From Eledone cirrhosa (lineage: Eukaryota): a stretch of 64,000 nucleotides of DNA. This document shows, piece by piece, positions 26,409-37,398 of this stretch. The position numbers were made by a program, and so were the translations under genes. The notes below the pieces were generated by a model. The model searched no databases. It worked only from the letters and a program-made list of their open reading frames with translations, and was not told the origin of the DNA. The stretch lies in NCBI GenBank assembly GCA_964016885.1, contig OZ024746.1, positions 43,152,001-43,216,000 of the forward strand, in the 5' to 3' direction. The stretch's first letter is position 1. Each line of letters starts with the position of its first letter.

Positions 26409-27327
26409 GAAGATAATCTCTGTAAAATAGACTTGATGTCATTAATAAATAGCTAACAGACCATAGATATAAACAATTGGAAGAAAATGAAGCCCATCTA
26501 ATTTTTCTACATAATACTTAATCACAGTGTAGATGAGAAATTAAAATTCTGAAGTAAAATATAGTTGCAAACTGATATTCCTTTGTAAGAAAATTTAATG
26601 TTTTAAAAATGTAACAAGTATAGTAGAAAACTACAATAATATCTCAACCTTATCTTCTTATTTGTTATCGTAATATTATTTAATCTAAATAATTAGAAGT
26701 GATGTGACACAAACATTTCTACTACATATACTCCTTTAGTACATATATAAGCTTCTTTAATAGAATATATCGTTTAGCGTGAAACCTTTCCAATAATAAA
26801 ATCCATTATTGGTTTCTTTTGAAAGGTTAATGTTTGTCATTTGAGAATATTGGTCATTTAGAATTATCCTTCTGTCTCATTTTTCATGTTTACTTGGTTA
26901 CTCAAATGTCACTGAAGTTTATTCAATCATTTATTCTCAAAATCCATAAATATTTCTGAATATCCTGATTAAATCAAAATGAATCATATTGTTTAAAGAA
27001 TTTGTTTTTATTAAAATAATATAAAGTTTCAATAATAATAAAAAAAAAAAAATAGATACAAAACATTTCATTTATAATAAACTAAAATACATTTAACAAA
27101 TAAATAGTTATAATTTGGTTGCTTTTTAGTTGTTATTTTTTCTCTTTTTTATAATAAAAGTGAAAGATTATAACACTTATTTCTTAAGACATTGGAACTT
27201 CTTTGTTGCGATTCATTAGAAAAAACAGATAAAAATGCAATAGCTTTAGCATATTAATTCAGTTGACCTCAAACGTGTTACTGAATCAATTTTGGCATGG
27301 CTTAATCTTAAAGCTGGCATCAGCTAA

Positions 27328-27586
27328 ATAGATCAAGTCTGCTATCATCATTATAACATAGATCTACTTTAAAACCCCACATAGGTTCAAACTACTTTAG
27401 TAAACTTCTATCCATGATCATCAAACTTATATGAGTATTTTGTTAAAATTGGAATATAGATCAAGTCTGCTATTATCATTATAACATAGATCTACTTTAA
27501 AACCCCACATAGGTTCAAACTACTTTAGTAAACTTCTATCCATGATTATCCAACTTATATGAGTATTTTGTTAAAATTGGAATATA
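27328..27586. repeat. Tandem duplication, 128-bp period, two copies
   Basis: GATCAAGTCTGCTA at 27331 and 27459; three substitutions seen by eye. Confidence 0.95.
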
Positions 27587-28577
27587 CTAGGAATTTGTAT
27601 AAAGTAAATTTTTCTTACTGTCTCAGCAAAATAGGGGACATAAAAGGTTATGGTAAAAAAAAAAGAAATTAATCTATTGATGAATTTCTAAATAGTTGTA
27701 ATTATTTAAATTTCAATCATATAAATAAGACCTCATAATATAACTGACATACTTTAATTGATATTATCAGTCTTCGCCAGTTACTACAGCTCAACAAAGG
27801 GACTGACATCACTGTCTCACATGCTTCACATATAGAGAGCTATTTCACAACAGACATCTTGACCAGCCCAACCGAATGTCAACACTAATATGGCCCTCTC
27901 CCTCACCAGACCCTAACCTCCTTGAAAGGTAGTAGTTGTCTTTGAATCAGCTATGCACAAGTGTCAGCCAATTCAATGCAGCCATGCATCACTGATTGTC
28001 CCCTTTATTAATTTGAATCCTTTCTCTGTGATCAATAATATAACTTACATGGAACTAAATTTACCAAAATGTTTCTTGACTGCATTCTCCACCAATTGTC
28101 ACTATGGAGTACTTCAATGAAAACTGTTATTACTAGTAAAATCTGTAACGATTTTTTTATATGTTATCCTTTAAAACAAACAGAAAAAGTAACACACCTA
28201 TAGGCTCCTCATCACTTTCATGACATGCATAAGAAGATCACTTTAACCCTTTAGTCTTAATTCTTTGAAATTCCTTCCCTGCTATGTCTTCTCTACATAT
28301 ATTAACTATTAAGACTGGACTTGAAAAAGCATTGCATGCTGCCTCATTTGGTTAGAACATAAATTTCAAGAAAAGTTGAAACAATGTAAGATTTAACTGA
28401 AAAATGATGAAGATTTATAGAAACAATATTTCAATATAAACAAAGAACAAAAATATCATCATTAAGATGTTTTCTAAATATTATTTTGAAGAAAAATAAA
28501 GAGAGAAAATACTGAACATTTTCTAGAAATGAAATTTTTTTTTATTTTATATATATATATATATATTTCATTATAAA

Positions 28578-28783
28578 GGTAGATTGGCAGTTTCGGTAGA
28601 GGGTCGGACGCCATGCTTTCCAGCATAGTTACGTCCCTTTACGATCTGAGTTCAAATCCCGCCGAGGTTGACTTTGCCTTTTATCCTTACGGGGTCGATA
28701 AAATAAAGTACCAGTAATGCACTGGTAATTGCTGGCCTTGTGCATGGAAGATGGACGTTAAACGATGATGATGATGATGATGA
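28578..28783 (+). mobile_element. Nin/Deu-like SINE fused to a 40-nt RTE 3' tail
   Basis: SINE runs to ..GGCCTTGTGC (28743), then ATGGAAGATGGACGTTAAAC(GAT)n. Confidence 0.88.
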
Positions 28784-30495
28784 ATTAATATGAATGTTAC
28801 AAAATATCAATAATAATTAAGTATATAATAGTTTTAGATTATAACATTATAACAAGCCTATAGAATATTTCATGTAATTAGTTTAAAATGAAAATAACTT
28901 ATATGTTTATCCTTTTAGTTAGTAATTTTATTGTAACATACAATAAATAGTGCTTGAAGCTTTGAAATAATGATCCAGAACAGCTTTTCATCCTTATATA
29001 GTAATTACAAAACTTGAACTGAAGTGTTTATTTAGGTGATAAAGGGATGATATTTTACATATGATATTATATATTTGACAAATAATATTTTGAAGCTTTT
29101 AGTTTCATGTTCAATGAAAAGTTATATAAGAAATGAAAGGAGGGATAGATCCAAGAAATTTTAGTCTATGTCTTGTTGTTACATCATGATGTAGAATGTT
29201 TAAAAAATTTAGAAATTTATGATAATCTAGAATTTCAGATAATTATTACTAAATTCAATGAAGAGCTGAGTTTATAAGGTAACATTGAAGCATCAGGGAA
29301 GTTGGCTGTTCAAACTCTTTCAACAGAATTGTTATGAGTTTATTACTAGGTTGCTTATCTTTCGAGATGACTTTGTTTAGTTAATAGGTACTTCAGAGTT
29401 GGAGAATACTTTCACTATAATCAGTAGTTGACTCTAAATGTGATTCTTTACCATGCAGTTTTAACTTCAGTATCTCCACTGTCTGCAATCATAGTATTAA
29501 ACCTATCTCACCAGGAGGTGACTATAGCAGATCCTTTATTCATGAATATCTCAGATTATAAAATTAAAAGTAATTGACTTGATCCTCTTGCAACAGACAA
29601 ATTGATTCAGGAAGGAAGATTGGATTTTAAAAGTTCTTTAAAGTGCTATTTGAAATTTTACACTAATATAGACAGTGATTTTAAAAATATATTTCAAGAG
29701 GAAAAGATTTAACACACACACACATAAATATATATATATACACACTTACATATACATAAACATACATATATGTGTGTGTACTTCTACGTCCATGGTATTT
29801 CATACCATAACCTTTGTCATTTAATGAAAGCTGTGAATCTAGCTTTCTGCTGATTTTCTGAATTATAGACATCAAATGATTGCAACTAATAGCTTTCTTA
29901 ATATGAAAAATCTCATTCAGCAAATAGCAAACTGCAAAGCATCTTTCTTAGAATCTGTTATTTATAATCATACTCCTCGAATATCACTGTGGAAGTTCAA
30001 ACTACTAAAATTTCAGCAGTATGGGTTATTCTTAACTGTCACTACACATAAAAGCCAATGAAGACACATACTATAAGACCTGATAGTCCATTACATACAT
30101 GTTATAAAAGTTCTTAAGAATATAGTTCTGAACTTTAGCATTTAGAATGAAACCAACAAATAACTGAAAGACATTCTCTGCTCCCTAAACTATTATCATT
30201 ACATGCACATTCAAAAGAACTGTATTGTAATAGCAATGCAATGGATGATTCGCTTGCATAAATCCATATATTTTTAAATTTACAACTAACTACATACACT
30301 AATACATAAATTTGAAATTTCTTTGCCTGAAAATATGATCATTCCCCTCCTCATGTCTACCATTCCTATCACTATTGCCCTCCGGATCATCATCATCACC
30401 ATTAACATTGTTGTTATTTCCTTCACTGTTGCTGCCTTATGTATTTTTGCAAACTATACCTATTAGGTTATGTTTCCACCATATACATTGTTTAT

Positions 30496-30530
<35 letters not shown>

Positions 30531-30874
30531 GGTGTGTGTATGTGTGTGTATATATATGTGTATGTGTGTGTGCAGGCTTATATAAACATACAGTAGTAAT
30601 GGTAATGTATTGTTTGCAATGGGGACACTGTGCGCATGTGAGAGAGGATTTAATTTATTAAGCATATGATTGCCCCATCCTTCCTGCTAAAGTAGTTCTC
30701 TTGTATTTCCTTCTAAATCCTATTTTACCCTTCCAATGAAAGTCTGTCACAGCTCCTCTAACCAAACATTACCCTATTGACTTCAGCAGTTATCTCTGTC
30801 TAATGTTTACGCTTTAATGTCCTTTTGCTTATCATAATGTGTGTGATAGGATTTTAGGATTAAAATATTCCTAT

Positions 30875-31369
30875 AAAAAAAAAGGTGCAGAGCACTAGAA
30901 GTCGATGGAAGCCGTGGAGTGGGGAGATCCAAGAAGACCTGGGATGAGGTGATAAAAGCCGACCTTACCCAATTACACCTCTCAAAGGCGATGACGCAGG
31001 ACCGTGACCTCTGGTGTCACGCAGTAATACAGAAGACCTGACTTCCCACGGGTACAAGCTGAAGCTGAAGCATATAGACAATATGCCTCCACCCCCTCCC
31101 ACAGCAAAGTGGTCGTGGAGGTGCCACGGCAAAAAAGCACCCAGCCCACACTGTAAAGTGGTCATGTAGGCTCCACGGAAAAAAAGCATCCAGCACTCAC
31201 TGTAAATGAGGTTGGTGTTAGGAAGGGCAGCCAACTGTAGAAATCAAGCCAGAATCAGTTCCCGCATGAGCAAGGCAAGGTCAGCTGACCAGGCACTGCC
31301 CACAACAGGACAACCCATCCAACCCATGCTAGCATGGATGAATAGACGTAAAATGGTGGTGATGATGAT
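30875..31369 (+). mobile_element. RTE family B 3' end (ORF end, UTR, tail)
   Basis: KRCRALEVDGSRGVGRSKKTWDEVIKADLTQLHLSKAMTQDRDLW; UTR shared with the 2582 and 6129 copies. Confidence 0.92.
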
Positions 31370-31411
31370 ATTATCAGTGAAATTGTTTCACTGGTTTGTT
31401 ATTTGACTTAA

Positions 31412-31603
31412 CCCTTTAACATTTAAACCAGCCATATCTGGCTAGAATTCTCTCTCCTCTTTCTGTTCAAACTGACTATGACAGGATGTTTGTACTGATG
31501 TGAAGGTATTGTACTTAACATAAATAACATCACAATCTCGTAGATTCAATATTATGTGAGATAAAGCTTTTACCACAAAAATACAATAGTATATACTAGA
31601 GGG
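31412..31603. mobile_element. piggyBac-like MITE with TTAA target duplication
   Basis: TTAA-CCCTTTAACAT ... ATACTAGAGGG-TTAA; second copy at 16470-16687. Confidence 0.75.
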
Positions 31604-31679
31604 TTAAATGCTACTAGCCATAGAATTACATAATAAGAGTGGATCTTGGTATCATCCTTCAATTAAAAGATGGCAGAGT

Positions 31680-31890
31680 ATTGTGCCTTGTTATGAAACA
31701 ATACAGAATTTTTGTAGTGGCATTTCATGTCCTGATTTAAATCTTTCAGAGGGTAATTTTGTTTTTCATTCTTCTGAAAATGATAAAATAAAGTAACAAA
31801 CAAGTACTGGAGTCAATTTAATCAATATCCCCTCCCCCCTACCCCCAAATTACTGGTCTTGTTTCTAAATTAGAAACCATTATCATTATG
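31680..31890 (+). mobile_element. Old Nin/Deu-like SINE variant (further decayed copies ~9895-10035 -, ~31930-32040 +, ~34450-34580 +)
   Basis: TTTTCATTCTTCTGAAAATGATAAAATAAAGTAACA..GTACTGG..CTGGTCTTGTTTCTAAATTAGAAACCATTAT. Confidence 0.55.
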
Positions 31891-33199
31891 AAATGGCCAT
31901 GGAGTAATAAACATGTACAAGTACTTGACTAAATGCCTATCAGTATTTAGTTATGTACTGAGTTCAAACCCTGCTGAGACTCGTCTTTCATCCTTCTAGA
32001 TTAACAGAATTAGTACCAGTCAAGAAATGGGGCTAATTAACTTAATCATTACCCAAACTGTGTCACCTTGCATCAATAAGAAAGCATCATTAGTATGGGT
32101 TTTATTCAAACATAGTGATGCTTTGTAACATGCACTTCCATCTAGCTGAATAAATATGAATTTGGGGAAATTAATGTGTGCACAGTAAATTCGACAAGTG
32201 TGGTAATGATTAGCCTTTTTGATACTCAAACTGCCCATGTTTCTACAATTAAAAAAAAGCTATTTAGTATAAAGTGTTGTATTTAGTTTAAAAACATTAT
32301 TATAATTTAATAAAAATTTAATAATGAGAAAGTTAGTAATACTACTAAGTCTCTCAAAATTCTTCATTACTTTGATAATTATTTGAAAACCATAGTCTGT
32401 GTCTTTCATTAGAAATATGATAATGAAAGATTTAAGAGACCTTACTGCAAAATGATTAAATATTTCTGTATATGAAAAACAATTTTGTATAGAACATATT
32501 TCAACACTTTTGTGGAAGATTTGTGTTAAAACTTGACTTGATTATACTGAAATTAATAAAATTGGATTTACAACATAAAATTTAAATCTAGGGAATCTAA
32601 ACGTTATTACATTTCTTCGTTAAAAACTAGATTAAAGAAGCAGCCAATACCATTATATAAAATGTTTAATTTCAGGATGATATTAGACTACTCAGAAAAT
32701 AATGGCCAATTAAATGTTTTTAGTGCTAGTCAGGAAGATAGATAATTATTTTACTAATTCTTTTGTATTATATTTGAAAACATTGGTCTATTCATAAATG
32801 TTTTGGTCTTTTTACTAGTATTACATTTACACTGAAACTTAACGATGTTGCAGTGGCATTACCATCAGTGTCAGCAAAGGTTTTTACTGTGTATGCCATG
32901 CAAAAGTTCTGGTTGGTGAAACTGACTGTGAGCTCCATGCAACTCTTGTCGCTTGGCTCTCTCTCTCTAACACACACTCTGCACAACTCTCTTAGTTCTC
33001 TCCCCAATGCACTTACTCCAATATATCAGTGACATATTTGCCATTATCTCTGACAATGTCACTGATATGCAGATCATATCACATACAATTCCACCCTTAT
33101 CTACACTCAAGCATCATTTATATTCAGCTTGGGCACTGCATGCAAAATCTGAATCATTTTCATTTTGTAATTAATTTCTTAATAGAATCTTAACTCAAA

Positions 33200-33580
33200 C
33201 TACAATCCATGTGCTTAATCTGAAAGAAAATGATCTGCATAAAAACTTATTAAAAGTTTATTCTCAAAGAGAGAGTTGCACAAGCAGAAGATTGTTGTCA
33301 GTAGGCTCACTACATTATTGACTGCAGCTTCATGATCCATTACAATCTTTTTCTCAAAGAAAAATACAATGGGAAAAGTTTGCTGTCAAGAAAAAGGGAA
33401 AATACACAATCAACTATAATCCAACAAGGTCCAATTTTGCTCCATGAAAGTGTTTGACTATGCATTAATCAAATGCCACCGTAAGAGCTCATTAGCCACA
33501 ATAACAAAACATTCTCATCCATCATAGTTGCTAGATATGTCACCCACTGACTATATATTTTTGAAAGTCGATAACTTTAA
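33200..33580 (+). mobile_element. Tc1/mariner transposase fossil
   Basis: ELHKQKIVVS..GPILLHES..SHPS*LLDMSPTDYIFLKVDNF, matching mariner LHQKKVMV / GPILLHDN / HPPYSPDLSPTDY motifs. Confidence 0.7.
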
Positions 33581-33829
33581 AAAAAAAGTTAGTAATATTT
33601 TTTCAACATAAAAATTCAGAAATGTTTTCAAAATAATTTTGCTTCATGGTAGCAAAACATATTTATTATCACAAAGTTCCAATTTTGATGGATAATAGTG
33701 TTTATAAATCAATTTTTTAAAATAAAGTTGAAGTTTCAACACATCTTTCAAAACAATTAATGTTTCTCTTATTGATTTACATCCTTTTGTAATAATGATG
33801 ATGGTAATTAACAGCAAATCCAGGTACAA

Positions 33830-33872
33830 CCCTTGCTAACAAGGACTATGGATGTTAAATGATGATGATGAT
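33830..33872 (+). mobile_element. 43-bp RTE tail micro-insertion with 33-bp target duplication
   Basis: Direct repeats 33797-33829 and 33873-33905 (two mismatches) around CCCTTGCTAAC..GGATGTTAAAT(GAT)n. Confidence 0.75.
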
Positions 33873-34184
33873 GATGATGGTAATTAACAGGAAATCCAGG
33901 TCCAAACATTCATTAACCACTGGTCCTTTCTTGTGGAATAGAGAATAATTTTAAGTAATTTGTTACTTTCTTTAAATTAGTTTAAGATAGAATTCACAAA
34001 CAATATTATGCATTAACACAGTTTGTATACCAACATTGTTGACTGTGTCCTACAATACCCCAAATCAAGAGAGTCGAACATATTCAGACATAACTGAATA
34101 TGAAAAGAATGTATTGATATTAGTAAAACCTCAATATTTCAGGATTGGCAGAAATAATATATCTTACGGCATAAAGAAAAAGAC

Positions 34185-34445
34185 CCATTTCAGTCTCAAA
34201 TGATAATGAGTATTGCACCTAGAAGTTCCCCTCTGAGGCACAAAACTAGCAAAAGTGTTTTTGTAGAAAACCAGCAGTTGTCCATGCATACCAGTCTCCT
34301 CTCCCCTTGTCACTGTTGTTGTCCAAGGGAAAAGCAAAGTCCGATACAGCTTGGCTTCAGTGATATCGCAACTCATTTCTCTAGCTGAGTGAACTGAAGT
34401 AACATGAAACAAAGTAGGACATAAGAAGGACATAACACATCACCT
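34185..34445 (-). mobile_element. CORE-like SINE, older partial copy
   Basis: Aligns by eye with 43480-43730. Confidence 0.8.
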
Positions 34446-37348
34446 GTTCTGCCAGCTTTGACTTTGTTTTTTATCCTTCCACTGTTGATTAAAATATGCA
34501 TTAGTCAAGTACTAGAGTTGATATAAATGACTATACACATAATTACTATACTGCAAAATTTATAGTTCTGTACCTATGTATATACTAGATGCTATATACA
34601 TAATCACTAATAAAGTTGCAATAAGATTTCAGCCTAATAACAATTTTAGAGGGAGAAAATTTACAATACATAAAGGAAATACAACATTGAAATTTAATTT
34701 ATTGAAAACTATTCAAATTCTGCAGCAAAGCTGGTAATTCTTTTTCATTTGCTTTCTAAATATTTTAATGATGAAAGCAAGTCTGACATTTAATAGTTTT
34801 TAAATTTCTTGATTATTTGATCTTAGTTCTTTCTGTTGAAAAATTAACTGCAGAGAAATAATTTATTAAATAAAAAGTGGACTTTTTAAACATCATTAAG
34901 TTTTATCAAACTCTGGTTGTGATGCAAGTGCATAGAAACATTATAAAACAAGAAAAAGAAAGTATTTTCTTTTCTATTTGACAATTTGTTAGTTTCTAGC
35001 AAAAAGTATATGAAAATGGTAACTGAAAAACATACATTTCAAGGGGAAAGGATCAAATGAAAACACCATTTATGTTTCTAGATATAATACTTTGAAGAAA
35101 TCAAATCATTTCACTAGAATATAATAAATCAAGAAATGTTCATAGAATTTGACTCCTAGATTCAATTCTTAATGGAAAAAAGCAAGTTACATTAGTGTGA
35201 GCATATTTATTACAGGGAACATTAAAAGGCAAATTAAAAATTATTGTACACCAAGGAAAATATTAGTCATTAACTATTACTATTTTGCCATTTTGGAGAA
35301 GTATGAGAAAAACAACCCTGAATATGTTTTGATCTTTTAGACGCCTTCAGCCAAACAGACTTCACGGTGATTGTCAAAGAAGTGATTAGAGAATAGAACT
35401 AAATGTACACCTATTAGAATAGAAAAATCAAATTGTTCATAGAATAAATTGAAGTCCTTAATTAAAGAAATTCACTACAAACTCAATGTTACTTAAACAT
35501 TTGAGCACTGGATTGGGATATAAGCAGTTAGTAAAACAAATATCGAAATATTCCATCAGTTGATAGCACAAGTAAGAAATGGTGTTAGCTAAGACTAAAG
35601 AGAATTAAATGATATAAAAAGAATTAACAATGTTCCTAAGATGAATATTGATTGATTTCTTAATTACCATATTTGGTCATGAATAATGTGCAGTCTTCTC
35701 ATGGATAAACATGATAGTGTGATTTCCACAATGTTGACTCTATAGTCAACTTTCATAGCCTCCATGAGTAAAGATCAAGCTCTTTACAAGCACTTTCACA
35801 GCCTCCACAAGTAAAGATCAAAGGTCACTTTTAAATTTGCTTTTAATTTTGTGTATATATACGAATGTTTTCAATCTATTTTATTAAACAATTATATTAA
35901 ATTTCACTAAACACTCCTTTTCCCATAGATTGTAATAAAACTGTCAAGTTGGTCTATATTAACCTGTAATCTTTAATAATCAGTTTGTACAAAACTCTTA
36001 TATTATGAAATTCTTTTCCCTGTGATACAGTAGAAAGAACAAAGCATAACACTTGCATTTTAAAAATTTCATTGACCATAATTTCATTTGAACATTACAC
36101 ACAAATGATTATTATATACAGATAAATATGGTATACAAATCAAGTTAAAAGTCTTACTGAAACACACAATGGGGATCCAGTTATAGGAAAATATTGACAA
36201 TAATGGAATTCCTTCCAATTTCACTTTAATAGTGATGAGGATTTAAAGTCTCACTAGAATAGAATTTATGTTTCATTACAAGAAGAATATTATTGTCAAA
36301 TATAATTTGGAGAATGCAACTGATACCATTATATGCGAAGGATTCAATGGTTATCCACCAATTTCAATACTAGCTTGTATCAATAGAATTACTAGTTTAG
36401 GGAATCATATATAAATTTCTTGGCATATACTGATGGCAAAATTACACTGCTTGGCAGAGAAATTAGTAGATAGCAAAATAAAGGTAAAGTACAACTGCTA
36501 AATGGATTTCTCTTGATAGCCATGAAAGAATAATAGAACTAGCTGTACAAATTAATATCAGCATAGTTATTGATTAAGAAAATGAACACAAAGTGAGTTG
36601 TAGGTCCAATAGGCATTGCATATATTGGTAGTATATAAGCTGATTTTTTAAAACCAGGTTTGAACCTGAAAATGTTATTCTCAAAGACTGATACAGCAAA
36701 ACCATTAACAAATGTTATAAAGTGAAGAAAAGAATATAACAGAGTACTGAAGCTGATGTGACAAGTCATAGCAATGCTAAAAAGAAGAATCATGGTAAAA
36801 AGTATTACAAAACAGAGATGTGTTAAATTGGGTGTAATGTGGATTTGTATTAGGATCTTTTATATGCTATTTTAAACAGCAACAGATACATGTCAAAAAA
36901 CAATACTGTGGTATTGTAATATTTTTACTTTTAATATTTATAGATATTTTACCAAGCTAACCTTTTCTCTGCAGTTCCAACTTTAGATAAAATTGCAGAA
37001 TTTAGTATATTTCCAACTGGCTCATTAATAATTCCTTTTTGAAGAAAAATAGAGTTGGTAATTCCTTCAAATTTCATTATGAGCTAGAAATCATTAATGC
37101 TTAAGGTGCATTGAATATTTGATATTCAATGAATCATATTTCAAAAGACTCGTTTATGTTTCCTATAAATTGCAGCTGTCCTTTCCCACATGCCTCATAC
37201 AATTTTGAATTTTATTCAATTGAACAAGAGAAAATATTGTTGTATTAGAGTTGATATAGTTTCAAATTCTGAATTTTGTATATTATTTTCAGCTATAATC
37301 ATATTTGAATTTCCATACATTCATAAATACACACACACACACACACAT

Positions 37349-37398
<50 letters not shown>

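Noticed and set aside
35753-35821. Small imperfect direct repeats (also 51254-51297)
   Set aside because: Ordinary slippage-type duplications with no further structure.
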